A stretch of DNA of 64,000 nucleotides, from NCBI GenBank assembly GCA_030704615.1, contig CM060731.1, positions 41,106,001 through 41,170,000 on the forward strand, given 5' to 3'. A program made the position numbers and the translations under genes. Below are positions 37,880-52,819 of this stretch, in pieces; the stretch's first letter is position 1, and each line of letters starts with the position of its first letter. The notes under the pieces were generated by a model. It had not been told where the DNA came from and did no database searches. It saw nothing but the letters and a program-made list of their open reading frames with translations. The stretch is from Takakia lepidozioides. Its lineage: Eukaryota > Plantae > Bryophyta.

Positions 37880-40800
37880 TAGATTATTTTTGTGATACAT
37901 AGATGTAGCGTAGACATGTTGGTTAATCTGTAGTGTCTTAGAAATGTTATAATGTGGAGGTCTTAGGTTCAAGTATGCATTGCATGATATATGTAGAACA
38001 ATGAACATATCTCCATTAGACAGAACCGGAGTCAATGGTTAACAAGTTTTTGAAATTCAAATTTCAAATTCAAATTTTTTCGCCTAAATTCAAATGTACC
38101 CCCCTTAAATTGCGACGTCCGGGCGTCGCACTTTGCGACCCCCGGACGGTGCTAATTCTGCAATGCAGAACAGGTTTTTAAAAATAAATAAATAATAAAT
38201 AAATAAATTTTAACGCCCGGACGTCGCAAATCGCGATTTCGCCTTTTTGCGACCCCCATTGGTCGCAAATTTGCGATGTTTTTTTTACGACGCCCGGGTG
38301 TCGCAAATTTGGTTCTTCCCCCGTGCCCGAAAATGGTTGTTTTACGACGCCGCGGCGTGGCCCCGACGTCGAACCCCACCCCCCCCCCCCCCCCCCCCCT
38401 TTTTTGTCAGGGGGCAGCAACATGAGCCCTCAACATCCCGGCGCGGAAGCCTCCCCAAGCGAAGGTCCTCCCTAGAAAAAAACAAGGGTGCAGTCCACCC
38501 CCTCTTCTTCCCGAATTCTTAGTCCCAGATAAGTGTTCATTTCGCCATTTCTTACTGTGGCTAGAACAAGAGAGGAGGCAGTTCTATTCCAACTGGCAGA
38601 AGGAGCTCCTAATAACTTGGGTGCGTTCTATAGTAGGCTGAAATCCTTCTCCGGGCTGGGATTACATGACGATTCTACACCGGATGGACCCCTGTGGGTA
38701 TCAATTCGAATAACACCATTGGTCTTTAGAAGCCCTGAAATATTGTTTTCTAGTGAAAACACATTTGTGGGATCGGGGCTGCTCCCGGAAGACCTCCGTG
38801 CTCTTGCACTTGGAAAGGAGATGGAGGTAATCCTCTCCAAGGTCCCTCCTCCCTTATTTTTCCTTGCTGCCATCTAGACCTCTATTTATTTCGGCTCTTT
38901 CTACACCAGTGCAAGTCTGGTAAATTCTCAATTCAGGTCATTCCAGCTATTAGGGCAAGTGAGATGTACATGCAAGAAGATGTCTTTTCTCCCCTAAGAT
39001 GGTTGGCAGGAAAGCAAATCTCATCAGATTTGGAAGAAGCAGAAAACATGGAATTCTTGGCAGCGGTTTTCAATGTTGGGATGATGTTGGTGGAAATGAT
39101 CCTCCACAACCAAAGGAGAGGCGAAGGAGAAGGCCCATCAAAAGCCCTTATTTTCTCTCTCAGAGATATGGAGGCGATAGCGACCCCCTTGGTGAGCTAT
39201 GGCACTTCTCTTTCTGTGCATAGGCCTTTCATCATATCTGATGTTTCTCTTGTTGAAATGGAAGGATTCTGCTCTCAATTTGTACCCCGCCGCGGGATCA
39301 TTTCTATCTCTGGGTAGATCATAGCTGTCATTCATTCTCTCTCTGCTTCCTGCTGCTTGCAATCCCCCCTTGTCTGGGATACCTTTCTGCATAACTCCCA
39401 GGTTTACGCAGGTGATGCCTGCTGCCTGCGAGACTACATCCTTCTTTTGAGACAGCTGAAAGCTGGGAGTGGTACAAAACTGAAGCCCACCTGCTTCTTC
39501 TCCATATGGCTCTCATTCTCTTTGCGATTCTAGTGCTGCTCCAAATACCAGCCATCAAATCATGATTGTGTAATCATGTGCTGTGATCTGTTTCCTCCAT
39601 GACATGGACGTTGCATTCTTGGAATGTGAGAGGTATTGGCTCCGATGCCTCTACACCAAAGCGAAGAAGAATCAAACACTGGGTCTCCTCCCTCTCTACC
39701 TCTGTAGCTATCATCTTCCTCCAAGAAACAAAATTGGATCCAATTGGAACTTTGTTGGGAATTCTTTCTGGCACTCCAACCAATGCTGGTGGAATCCAAC
39801 AGTCTCCTCCTCGAGAGGGGGTACAACAATTTTGGTCTCTCCAGCGCTTCTCCCTTCCATCCATGTCACATGAGGTGCGAAAATTGGGTGCAAGGGCGTG
39901 CTCAGTGTCTTTTCACCAAACTTGATTGCAACTTTGGTTCCACAGCTTTCCTGAACATTTACGCCCCAAATTCCTCTACTGAGAGGGCAGAATTGTGGGA
40001 CACCATCAGAGGAAAGGTTCTTGATCTCCCTCAGGTTACTAATTGGATTGTTGCTGGAGATTTCAACATGGTAGATAACTACAACGACCGCATGGCTCAT
40101 TCTTTGCAACTCCTCTCCGACTCAGAGCAGATTGCGTGGGATATGCTTTGCTTCTCAGTAGGGTTGGTGGATGTTTTTGCTGCTACAGTTGATAGTCTGA
40201 AGTATACTTGGTCAAACATGAGGCTCCCCCCCAACCTCAGCATAGCCATGTTTGATCGAGTGTACTACTCCCATTCACCTTTATCCTGGTCGCAATGCCT
40301 CCCTCAAGGCCCGATTCTTCCAGACTTTGATCATGCGGAGGTGGCCACCTCCTTCACTCCTCCTGGATCTTAATCCGGAGGGCGGGGATACTTCAAGCTC
40401 AACCCAACAATCTTAAAGAAGGAGGAAAATCTACAAGCATTGAAACAAGTCTGGCTTCAGGTTGGTAATGTCTTCTCATCACCAACAACTTCCTTCCTTC
40501 ACAAGCTCATGATCACTAGAGCTAAGACGCAGACTCTTTCACGAGCCCTCGCATTGGAAAGGACTAGAAGACAAAAGGCGTTGGAAAAATGCTTGAAACA
40601 TTGTCAAAGGAGGTTGGAGAATGGCAGATCTGATGAGGTCACAATGGACTCTTACCTTACTGTAAAGAGACACCTAAAGGCCCTTTCTGCTGAAGTGGAG
40701 AACTTCATGAGAGTGAGGGCAGGGGTAAACTGGTCGATGAATGGGCAAAAAAATGAACGCTTACTTTTTCCTCAAAACAAAACAGAGGAGAGAAGCAACG

Positions 40801-43800
40801 CAAATCAATTTTATCTCCAGCTCTAACGGGGAGGTGATAGCAAAACCAAAAAAAATGGCGAAGGAAGCGGCCTCCTACTTCTCAAATCTCTTTTCCAAAA
40901 CCCAAGAAACTGGCATTGACAGCTCTAGAGCCAAAGTGCTTGGTTCCTTCCCTTCTCTTCTCTCTGAGGCAGATCAGACAGAACTGGCTAAGCCATTCAC
41001 AAATATGGAGTTATTACAAGCAACAGAATCCGTGAGCTCTATGAAGACCCCCGGACTTGATGGATTACCTGTGGAGTTTTTCAAAGCTATGTGGGATTGC
41101 ATCGGAGATGACTTTTTAAGCATGGCCAACAACATCCTCCTCAAAGGGATAATGCCCTTGCAAATTGCGCAAGGTGTCATAACGCTGGTGTATAAGAAAA
41201 GAAACAAGGACAACCTTTCTAACTACAAACCCATTACTCTGTTGAACTCCACATACAAGATCTTGGCGAAGGCACTGGCATTGAGACTTCAACCCCTGCT
41301 ACCGAGGCTCATCAGGCCAGAGCAATCAGGCTTCCTACAAAACATGATGATACTTGATAATATACTGCTGGCGAATGAGGCTCTCTACACTGCGCAGTCT
41401 GCTCACTAGCCGTTGGCTTTGCTCATGTTGGACTTCCAAAAGGCCTTCGACAATATAAACTGGGAGTATTTGCTGGGTGCTCTTGAAGCTTTGGGTATAG
41501 TTGACAACTTCCGTTCTTGGATTGGTATTCTCCTAAATTCTGCCTCCAGTAAAATCATGGTAAACGGGGCCTTGTCCAAATCTTTCCCTCTTTTCAAATC
41601 TGTACGCCAAAGATGTCCTTTAGCCCCCTTCTTGTTCCTTATTGTTGCCGACGGTCTAGGTCATCTTATGGACAGGAGAAATGACTCTATAGGTCTTCGT
41701 ATCCCTCACTCTCCTGCCTTGGACCCTTCCTCCTCAATTAGATCCTCTCTCTACGCTGATGACACTTCCCTTTATATTGACAACAGTTCCCTAGACAACG
41801 TTAATGCTACCATGCAATCTCTTACCTGTTTCTGTGAGGATTCTGGATTAAAGATAAACTGGGAGAAATCAGTGGGGTTGCTGAGTATCACCCCACAAGG
41901 CTCTGCTGCAGCTCATTGTGGCCCTTGGGGAGGAAATCTGGGCCTGAAATGGCTGGAGGATGGGCAGATGCATGAGTGCCTTGGACATTACATTGGACAT
42001 GGGATATCTGATGACCGCTGCTTTGTTGTTGTCCTTACAAAGATAAAGCGAAAGCTCGCGTATTGGAGCTCGCTGCATTTAACTATATGGGGGAGAGTGA
42101 TAATAGCCAACCAGGTGGTCCTTGCCTCATCTTGGTTCTCGGATGCTGTCTGGTCCCCCGAGGCGTCTATTATCAAAAGCATCAAAGCCATGGTTCGTAA
42201 TTTTATCTGGGGGGCCACTTTTGTTGCTGCAAACAGAAGAGCCCTGGTCAGTTGGGCGCAATTTTGTCAAAAGAAAAAAAACGGTGGCCTGGGGGTGATT
42301 GATCCCCAATCTCAGATCATTGCCCTTCTGGCAAAATGGGTTCATCGAATCTTTACGAATTTTCAGAGCCCGTGGAGCAGGCTGATAAGACACCACGTCA
42401 TTGCGGCTATCCCTAAAACAAGTTCTCTATTGCCTTCCTCCCTCAAATGGATGGTACAAGGGGGGAAATTAAACGTGAAGCCGGGAATTGGATCTACAGC
42501 ATGGCAGACAATTTGGACTGGTTGGTGCAAGATGAGAAATTACTTATTCCAATCCATGCCATCAACCTTTGAGGAGGCGATTCGGTAGCTACTCTTTGGT
42601 AATTATAATAGGGATTCCGAAGACCTTGTCACTTGGTCTCAGAGGTGGTCGCACTGGGAACACGCTGGCCTATCCCATCTGATGCATTTCTGGGATGTGA
42701 ATGCGAATACACTTATCCTCCCCGAGATGGCAGCAAATGGATTTTTTGCCAGAAGAGTGGCTTCTGGCTGGCAGACAATTATGGGCAGTCTCCCGCAAAT
42801 GTGGCTTGACCTTCTTGCAGATAATCAAGGCTTTTCGCTTCCAAGATGGAGGGGATTTCAATCCAACACTGGCCCCAAAGCTATGTATGTGACTGCCTTG
42901 GTGGAAGAGCAGTTTCATGGCATTTCCTTTCATAAAAGCAATGGTTTTTTAACCTGTCCAAAGGAAGATCACCTTCCTGCCGATGCCAGTTGGTTTGATA
43001 TAAGGGTGAATTCCTCATCCTCGGGTAAATCAAACCCTCATCCCCTTGTTCTGCTGCTGCAGCACTATGATAACTCCTTTTTTTGGTTCATCTTAGCTCC
43101 AGTAAGATTACTGCAGTTCGACCCTGCCGAATGGAAGTGGATGTCAAAGAAACATGACGACTTCTTTGCCTATACCGTGAAAATTGGGTTACTCTTTGCT
43201 GGTGCCTAACCAATTCTTTCAGAGGAAATGGTCCAGAAAGTGGTCTCACCATCCTGGGCGTTCGATTCCATGGAACCTGGTCTGGAATGATATTTGGAAG
43301 AAGCATAGAGCTTCAAAAATCTCTTCCTTTCTTTGGAGAGTAGCCAACAGAATCCTACTTGTTGGATGCATCACAAACGATCCTCCCTCCCCTTGTCTGA
43401 TCTGCAGTACGAACACTCCAGAGGATCTGGAGCACTGCCTTCTCTATTGCTCTTTTGCTCAGACTGTCTGGGCCTGTGCAACTGCTCTCTATACCTTTTG
43501 GAACAGGGACCTCACCTACACTCCCTTTGCTCTTCTTCTCAATGTTAAGGATGGCAGTTGTTTCTGTCCTTGTCCTTTCTGGGAATCACTTAGAGGCATT
43601 ATCTAGAAAATGAGATGCACTACTGTTTTTCAGAATGAAATGCCTTGCCTGAAAAGGGTCTTGCTTTTAGCTCACTCAGACTTAAAGGCTGAAGCTCGCA
43701 AAGCTTGGTGTCTGCTTGTGGCAGCCATTCAAAAGTGTGGAGACAGGAGGAGGGATCAACTTATTGCAGACTTCGATAGCTCCTGGGGCAGAGGGGGCTT

Positions 43801-44420
43801 CTTCTGCAGGAGGATTGACGAATCTCGGATCCAATGGTATGATGACCTCCCTGCTTGCTGGCAGTAACATCATCATCAAGGCATCCCCCCTGGCTGATGA
43901 GGAAGCGGAAGTCAACTGGAGGCACAAGAGAAGTAGTAGAAAGGGCAAATTTAGGGCTCAGCTCTCTTTTTAGGCCCCCAAGAGAAAGCGAGGAAGTTTA
44001 TAGATCCCTCTTGTTAGGCTTTCGATTTGGCCCTTTGCCTGACTTAGTCTCAGGCTTATTCTTCCCCTATGCAGCCATGCCGAATGGTTCTCTTCAGATG
44101 CTTGCTTTCTTTACACCCTCCTGATTTCTCATTATTCAGGTTGGTGAAGATGATTAGGCATCACTTCTGATTCATTTTCTCTTCTTTGTAGCCTTTTCAG
44201 TTTCTAGCTATTGCAGACTGGTGCGGTTCTTGCAACATCAGTGCAGATTCTTTTCTCTTTTCATGCTCTTCTCCCATCTTCCTTAGCCTGTTGGCTTGAA
44301 GTGGTTACCTCACTTTTCTGCCTTATGGTGATTGTAAGGTTATTTTTTCCTTACCCCTCATTAATAAAATTCTTAGGGCTACAATCCCCCTGTTGCCCAA
44401 AAAAAAAAAAAAAAAAAAAA
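35600..44420 (+). mobile_element. Near full-length decayed L1 LINE (ORF1, APE endonuclease, RT, zf-RVT, poly(A))
   Basis: ORF1 at 36353-37190 with a CHLCHRR knuckle. EN motifs SWNVRG, FLQETK, AGDFN, DFDH. RT motifs PGLDG, YKPITLLN, LDFQKAFD, VRQRCPLAP, LYADD. CLIC..EDLEHCLLYC. A22 tail at 44399-44420. Multiple frameshifts/stops; 5' boundary approximate. Confidence 0.92.
37279..38415. mobile_element. Non-autonomous CACTA derivative related to 32681-33974, inserted in the L1
   Basis: CACTACAGCAAATGGGGGGGG left end and GCGACG repeats. Shares a ~220-bp internal segment (37890-38110 vs 33427-33650). Right TIR degraded after poly-C; no TSD confirmed. Confidence 0.8.
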
Positions 44421-45501
44421 CAACTTGTAGTACTATAATGTTATACATAACAGCATTTCGCCAGCCCCCGAAAGATGATAATCATTCGGATACAGCGTAT
44501 ATTGAGTTTATGGAGAGTTTCGTTGTAAGTTAGACATATTTTATAAAAAAAACTGTAAATCGACAAAACAGTTTGGTAGAGAAACTCATTTCCATTTCAT
44601 ATTTTTCAGATGGATATCATATGCAAAGAAATTGTAAAACTTTGCAAAGTTTCAAAGTTTCAAAGTTTCAAACCCACATCCAACCTGTTTGTGGACCTGG
44701 AATTGGACTGTTCCCTCTGGGTCCATTGGGACATGACCTAAGCCAGCTTCAAGTGAGATGCTGCTTTGTCACTATCGCAAGTAGAATGACCTCCTTATGC
44801 AAGATACATCATTGAACTTTGCCAAGGGCTTCCACCAACATTTGAGTAACACCGACATGGTTGTGTTCACTTTGTCCACAGGAGAGTGACTTGGTGAGAA
44901 GTCCCACCTCGGACCTCTTTAAGGAAGACACTCTGAAATTTGGAACTTCAGTGTGGCAGACAGATGACTCAGGTCAAGGACAGATCACAACAATTCAGTA
45001 TAGATGAATGCTGACTGTTCATGGATAGTCAGAGCTCCCATGTATTTCAAAGGGAAATTTGAAGAGTTTGTATCAAGTTAAAATGTCTTATCAGCAGTCG
45101 CTCAATTTGCATTGTCCATGCAAACAGTGTGGACAATCATGGGGTGGGTCTATATAACACCATATGGGGGATCTAACTCTGCCACTTTATTACAACAATC
45201 TACAGATGAAAAATGATTGGAGACCAACTATTTATAAATGACAATACTGAATTTTACACGTATCGAGATCGAATATGCTGGAGAACAGCAGCTCACCTAA
45301 AGCAACAGCCATCTGCCTTGCAAAGAATCTCTTGTAGTTGGTAAGTTGTTGCAGGTTCCAGACCAACCATCCCGCTGACAAACCAGTGTGGGTCTGGTCA
45401 ATTTCAACCAGAAAAGGTATCCTGCATTTTCACACTTCTAGGCAAAGTAAAACTATTTTTGGAGAAATCCATTCATGAAAGCTTTGGAAGCTGATGCCAC
45501 T

Positions 45502-48500
45502 TTACCCTATCCTTTGAAATACGCCGGAGAAATTGGGAATCTTGTTCAAGTGCTTCAGACCCCTCTCAGCCAGCTGCTTAGCAGAATAGTTTCCGTACCG
45601 GAAGGTATCAACAAGAGCAGTGAAAACATTTGGGTCATTAGAAATAACACGAGCTAGGTCACCATTGCGAAGGATCCGTTCTACCATCCACACTGACCGT
45701 TGCCTCAGCACTTCAGTGCGGTGTTCTTGCATAATCACTAGTATAGGCTGTATTGCATCTGCTCCATACAGCATCTGCACGCCACGCTCTACATCGACCG
45801 TATCCATGATGAGGGTGGATAGAGCACCCAGTGCAGCTTCAACCAGGCTCACATTCCTGTGATCCAAGCAGGCAACCAGGGGCACCACGGCCTGGGCCGA
45901 TAGAAGGCAAAACGTGTCTTTTGCTGAGCAATGTCCTCCATGCACAGGGCACAGCCCTGTTGGGGGGCTTGCATGCTGCACACATGGAAAGCAGGCCAGA
46001 ATTCCCCTTGACTGTGGCACGTTTGGAGATTCAGAGAGCTGCATTGATTGGGCTGAGAGATTTTCCAATGCCAGTGCAGAATTTCGCTGTACATCGTCCA
46101 AGCCCGCTGTCTGTAGAAGTGACGTGAACAAAACCGTCAAATTGTGCTCCTTCGCCAGTGCTACATAGACAGGGTCGTCTAACACATAGGTGAAGCGGGA
46201 CAGGATGCCCACTAGCCCCTTTTGGAAGGGAGCCATGTGGCGACCAGCGCCAATGCGCACAACCCCACTCCGAACTTCATTAATACGAGTGAGGAGGACA
46301 GGTAAGCACCCCTCTTCCAGCAAAGCACGTGTAAGGTGGACGTCCTGCACAGGCAGGTTCGCCAGCAGGCCAGCTGCAGCCGCCTGTTCCTCCGGCACAC
46401 CATTTGTCGCTAGCAGCTTGATCAGTGTGCCAAGCTGGCGTGTTGTAACTCGCAGTCCATCAGCGAGCTCCTGCCCCATGTGCACCGAGAGAAGGTGCAA
46501 CAGCTTCACTGATGCCACCCGGAGGTCAAACTGAGGAGCTTCTAGAAACTGGATGAGGCTGACAGTCGCCCCAGCACTCTTCACATGTGAGACAACTTTG
46601 CTTACGGCTTGTGGAGATGAGGCCAGCCCTACCAACACCTGCAGCATCAACATGCAGAGTTCATTCAAAACACTTGTGTTTTCAAAGGCGTGATTTTATC
46701 GGTGACCACAAAACACAATCCACTAACAGATGGAAGCACTACATAATCTTGTATCGCTGCCTACCCTGCATGCACTTGCCAGGCAGCTATAGTCCATCCT
46801 AGGGAACCATTTTAAGGCGGAAACATTTTGGACATTCCTTGACAAGTTTGCCAGTTCAGTGTTCACTTTTATACAGATAGCAATATGAGGCCCTTCAAAA
46901 TTGATGCACCTTGATATTCAACAAAGTTTTCGCAAGCTACAAACACCTAACACCCTTTCAACATGCATTCTTATTCAAGTTAATCATGGGCTCACATTCA
47001 AAAGGCCGCTAGTTAGGTATTGACACTTGAGAACAAGCCCAGGCCTTTACTCGAGCAGCATCTTGGTCTGGCAGTCAATGCCAGTGACTGCCACGGACAG
47101 GGTTACCACCCACCAGAATCCATACAGGGGCTACCAGCCACAATGCCTGCCCGCCGCCCCTTTTGACTGTGTCGGCTTCCCCTCAATCTCCCAGCCTCCC
47201 TATGCATTAGAGACCTTCTTTCACCACCTTAAGAACCTGTACTAGTTTCAGCAGGCCTAGATCCCATTTGACTCTAATGATCAAGAGGCTAGTGTGCACT
47301 CAGGTGGTGCTTGATCAATGCAGCAGGTACACTTTCATCCTTCTGTTCTACATGGCTGGTACTTCTCGTTTATGCGAAGTAGGACTCACTGTCTTGTCAA
47401 CCGACTCCATGTGATTAAGTAGTCATTACACATATCCACCGCATAACATGATTTTCAACAAAGCCTCACCCAGAGGGAATTGTGTGCTCCTCCAGCACAT
47501 TTTTAGCCCTGATACATGAGTTTGTACCTTCTGATTTTAAAGGTGATGAAGATCCCAAATGTACACAGACAAGGGCCCATTGTCCACTAAAAGGTAAAGA
47601 AAATCACATACTGACCTGCAAAAGCTTCGCCTCAATTGTCGGGCCTGTGTTGCTGATCAAGTGCAAAAAGTTGTGCACAATGAGCTCTGAAGTTAGGGTA
47701 TTGCCATCAGCATCAATGGGAGTGGACTCCCAATTCCCGCTCGAGTTGACCACGTTGGCCAGCACACTTGCAGAGACCTCTTTTAGCTTCACTGGTATCT
47801 GGTTGGCACCGACCACAAATAGATCACGCATCAATGGGGGAAGAACACCAGCCTCAATTAACAAATTGCCATTGGTATCAAGTGTTGACAGACTGCGAAG
47901 CACTTTCAGTGCTGCTGCCCGTGCCGGTGGGCTGCTGCTCCCCAGCATCTCCACTAACACAGTTGCTGCTGTCTCCGCAGCTCGCTTTTTGCCTTCACTT
48001 GACAGTGGAGCCACAGCCAGATTCTCTGCCATTTCAATGCGTACCTCCTCTGGACCTGAACAAAGAGAGACTATTCCCATTACAATGAACACAGAAGCAC
48101 ACCGTCCATCTGGAAGAGCCAAAATGGTACAAATCTCCAGACAATGGTCCTACAATCAAAAAAGTCTCAAGCTAACACATTATGGGATCAGGGGCATCCG
48201 TAAGGCTAAGCAGATGACACACAGGGGCAAAAGGAAAAGGCACACATGTAGCCTGCTCTTTCTCTCATGGGGTGGTTGCCGGTTAACTTTCTACAAAGGT
48301 GAATGCCTCATGCAGACTAGGAACAAGTAGTACCAGAAAGGCGAATTGGTTGAGATATACGTTGTCGACTTCTATTTAGCATGGTGCAATGTGATGAAGT
48401 TTCCACCTCAACCTGGCTTAATCAGCTACTAGCATGATTGTGCTCCGAATTTCTTTAGAGTAATATTCCAGTCACATATAAAAGTGTCACTCCGAGATTC

Positions 48501-51000
48501 CCCAACAACATTCAAGGGGTGCCGGGAGTAAGACCACAAGGTCCTCACATCTCTTTTCCCTGCTAGAGGCACTACGGCATCCAAGGACTCCATAAGTGTC
48601 TCCACACCATCCCAACTCGCAACTCTCATGACATTCCAACCTGTCTCCAAAGCAGCACTGCAAAAGGTTCATTGGCCAGGGCGTGACAGTATTACCTTCC
48701 ACCAGCCGTGTAAGGAGTGGCTGAGGCCGACCATTTTCTGCCATTTGCTGAACATTTGTGTCGCAGCGCTCCAGATTGATCAGAGTCTGGTTGGCCTTCT
48801 CAACTGCAAGCACATTCTCAGAGTTACTGCTGACCATCCCCACCAAAAGAAGGATAGCCCCATTGGTCGCCCCAATCTTTTCACAGAGTGTATATGACTT
48901 TGACAGTTCATACAGCAGTGACACTGCCTCCTCTCGCTCTTGTGAGAGCTCCCTTGACAAGCACTTGACTGCAGCACGAATCAGATCTGTCTGCCCTATC
49001 GCCTCCTGCAGTGCAGTAATTTGACCACAACTCCTCCCTCGTTTAATAATAAATGACATGTTGCTGAAAGAGGCTTATGCAATCTAACGAATCGTCCTCA
49101 TCCTCCTAAGTGTTCTATAAATCATTCTTATGGCACATACGGCGTCCAATGGAGTCTTTCTGCTGAGAGCTCTATTCACATGAATAGTTGCATCAATTCA
49201 GACCCTCATTATTGCTCATGCTGGATGCCAAACCAGTAGCAGATTGTCCAAGAAACAAAATATGCCAGGCTAACAAAACAGTGAGCTGCCTTTTTTGACA
49301 ACCAACATCATAAAAGTGAAAGAGGTTATCAAATGTCTCAAAGTCAATAGGAGACATGGCTCACTTGACGGCTCACTTGACGGAAATACGTACATACCCT
49401 TCCTATTGCACACACTATCCATCTGCCGTCAAGGTCATGCGGACAATGGATCCCCTCATTACGGAATGTAGCTCTTGCCGCAAACTGGATTATGGTTGGG
49501 CATTACACGAGAAAGGAACTAAACACACCTTGACAAAATGGGAATGTTGCACCCATGTTTCACTGGACCAAAACGGAGGCTATGCAGCAGAGGTGTTGTG
49601 ATAAACCACGAATTACAGACTCAGCCTTCATAGATTAGATTGGCAACTTGCAATGACAACTGACCACGCCAGAACAGAAATCGACGATGGCCAACAAATG
49701 AAGACAACCTTGTTATCGTCATCATCTTCTGCAGCATAACAACTGACCAAGCCAGAATAGAAATCGACCGTGGCCAACAGATGAAGACAACCTTGTTCTC
49801 GTCATCATCTTCAGCAAGAATGCGGAGAGTGACAAGGGCGCGGCATCTTGCTTCCTCTCCATTCTTCAAACGATCCACAATGAGAGGTATGAGACCTGCG
49901 CTCCTTATCCTGTACTTATTTGATCTGTTTGAACAGCACAGAGTTACCAAATCATCCAGACCATACAGCACATCCTCATCTTTTCTGTTTGCTGAAATCG
50001 ATGTCCGCGCAATGTCTATCCGGGCCTGTTCATTCCGGGCAGTCCACTCCTCAATGGTGTTGCGGAGAGCAATGCTGGGTTTTAGTGTGGTGTTAACCTG
50101 CTGACCAGTCATCGGACACACCGGGGCACGCCCATTGTCTTGACATTCCTTGAACCACCGCTCAATTGCAGATCGCTCATATGTTCCGTTCTCTAATGTA
50201 ACAGGATCCCGCATTAGTTGCTTGGTTAGTGGGCACATAAACGATTCATACAAAGGCTCCAACCGCCGGCGATCCCGATGAGGGGTATGACTGTCCTCAG
50301 ATGGGCTTGGATGCTCATTTGACTTGTTCCATTTGTCAAAAAGACCACCTATTACCTCCACCATATGCAGGTCATAATCCTCTTTTGTGTCCTGTACATC
50401 ATTCATCAGGAGCTCTATCTCGTTCTTCAAAGCACCGGGATTCCGAGACAGGTCCTCCACACCAACTGTTCGTGCAATGTCCATCAAAATGCCTGTCTGC
50501 ACTGCAACATCGCTGCGAATGCTACTTTCTCTTTCAAGAGTCCGGCATATGCGTTCATCAGACTCCTTGACATGGTAGTGTACCTGCTGCATGTCGGGAG
50601 CCAAGGACTCTATCAATGCCATTGTTTCCTGATGGCCCTGCACTGCTGAGAGGGTAATAAGAGTCAAACTGTGGCCCACACTATGCGTCACATTTTCCAG
50701 CTGCTTTACGACTGACCGACAATGAGTAAGAATGTAGATACGGCTCTTGCTGGTACACCAGGTGAGGAGCTGTTCCACACTCTCTACATCCCGTATCAGT
50801 GCCTCTACCACCTGCTCCACCACGGGTGATGTTTCCCTGGCTTTCTCCAACTGAACAGCAACAGGTACAAGCTGCTCCAGAAAGTCAGCTAGTTGTTTGA
50901 AGCTCTCCTGCTCCACCACCACATTTGATGCTGCCTTGGCCACCTGAGACAGCTTGCAAACGAGGTCCTGTTCGGGCAACCCTGCTGTTGGCTGCTGCAT
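45502..51000 (-). CDS. Plant U-box/ARM-repeat E3 ubiquitin ligase, SAUL1/PUB43-44/NOPPERABO1-like, ~1031 aa; exons 51000-49792, 49005-48696, 48055-47616, 46638-45502
   Basis: U-box PLYESFMCPLTKQLMRDPVTLENGTYERSAIERWF..CPMTG..LRNTIEEW, ARM repeats, CPVHGGHCSAKDTFCLL, and C-terminal AERGLKHLNKIPNFSG. Canonical in-phase splice sites give 3096 nt without stops. Confidence 0.94.
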
Positions 51001-52783
51001 CCTACAAGAATTATTCACCAACACATTGCAAAATTGTCAGTCCAGCGGTTGATGAACCAACAACTTCCAAGCTTTAGCCAGGTACTCTCATCATCCCCAC
51101 TCGATAGTTTTTCCTTCCATGTGAAGCTCCTGGCTGATCCTGCAACTTGGAACAGGTCTAAACTGAGGCAACACAGTAGAAAATGTATCGACCACTTCAA
51201 AATGGAGGAGCTGGCCCCTGCCATATAATGCTGTAATTATTTTGTTCTTGCATTGAATGAGAGAAATTGCATTAAACCAATAGACTTTGCAAGGACATCG
51301 AAAGGCTTAGGGGTCAGTACCGCACATGAACTGCCACAGTCCACACTCACCAAAAGATGCCATAACAAGCTTGTCAATCCAAGCAAAACGAGGTCACAAA
51401 ACCTCTCTCATAACTAGTAAGGCAGCAGGCGGAGAAGTATATTCAGAAGCACAGCATGGACTCGAGACTAAGACCTTGCACCTGTTCCAAGAAATGTACA
51501 AGCACATTGCATCTAGAAACTCCCAAAACTGCAGCTAGAGCATGATAGGCTATCAGTATCTCTAACAAAGGGGCACAGAGAATTAAGTATGACATGACAG
51601 CTCTAGACCAGAGCAAGAGAATTCTACACATTTGAACACAATAATCCATCAGTCTTACCTTGAAGACCACTCATTTTACACAACAGCTCCAGAAAAAGGC
51701 GGGCCTCATGCCTTACTGTCTCTTTCATAGTCAACACGTACTATACCATGTACTAGTCCTAAAGTAGGTCCAAAATCAGGTTGGCAATGGTAGCTCCACG
51801 ACGTTCATAACTGTGATTAAGAAAAAAAAGGACCAGCAGAATTGACGCACAGTCATCAAAGCAGCATCTCCTACTAGTCTCACTCCCCCTCTTCCATTAC
51901 CTCGAGCGCCACCCTCACACATTCATCTATCTACATTTCGAATGCTACAAGAAAGCACAGGAGAACCTCGCTGCCGTAAATGGCGTGTTACGAGACAACC
52001 GACCACCAAATAAAGATAAAAGAACAACAGGTGCTCACCTAAAACACAGCTATGTAACAACAGTCCCTGTGCAGCCAACTCGCCATGCCTAGAAGGACAC
52101 TTGCGTCATATCCCAGTCTCCCACTCCAATCGAAGCACACCACTCCCACATACGCAGCCTCCGTAATGCAGGGAACCCGAGGTGCAGTGACGCATGTCAA
52201 TCTGTTGCCTGCACTGAATCATGTGCAGCGACCTCAGCTTACTTACTCCAGTACCGAAATCCGAAATTCTTGCATGGTCAAGGCAAACTAGCGACAAATT
52301 CAGGCTTCTATTACTGCCTCCTGTGTGTACGGTCCCAGGACATCAAAGTACCACCAAAAAAATCCAGCCTCCCGAGTGGTGCTCCGCCTGCAGGACTGAA
52401 TCAGCAGCCGCAATCGGTCAACAGCAACCTAAATCCTGCAGGATGGCGCACATGGAGTGCACAATCTTCTCTGGCAGGCTGCCTGCTCACCACAGCGCGG
52501 CTCCAGCACACCTCCTCCCTCCTCCCCTTCACTCCCCCCCTCCCAGCCGGTTCCGCCTCCACGCTGCCGGTCACGACCGCTACTTATGGCTCAAGTCACC
52601 GCTTATAGCAAGTGGCGCGGAGGCGCCACCGGCTGCAAACGGTCGTCGCATCTATAACTTGACTTTTGAGTGTCGCTTTTCGCTACGTCATCCGCGGTTT
52701 CGCTTGACTGCACTAACGGATGAATGTCAGTGGACTCAGATGGATGAAACTACTCCAGTCGTTCACGACCCTCTAAACTTAGC

Positions 52784-52819
<36 letters not shown>

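Noticed and set aside
37245-37895. 216-aa Arg-rich ORF (similar ORFs at 32571-33188 and 34846-35454)
   Set aside because: These arise from GC-rich CACTA subterminal repeats or Helitron repeats.
47482-48330. 282-aa plus-strand ORF
   Set aside because: It is the antisense shadow of PUB exon 3.
51015-51224. 69-aa ORF as a first coding exon of the PUB gene
   Set aside because: It ends in a stop before the TTGTAG acceptor at 51002 and so appears to lie in a 5'-UTR intron; unsupported without transcripts.
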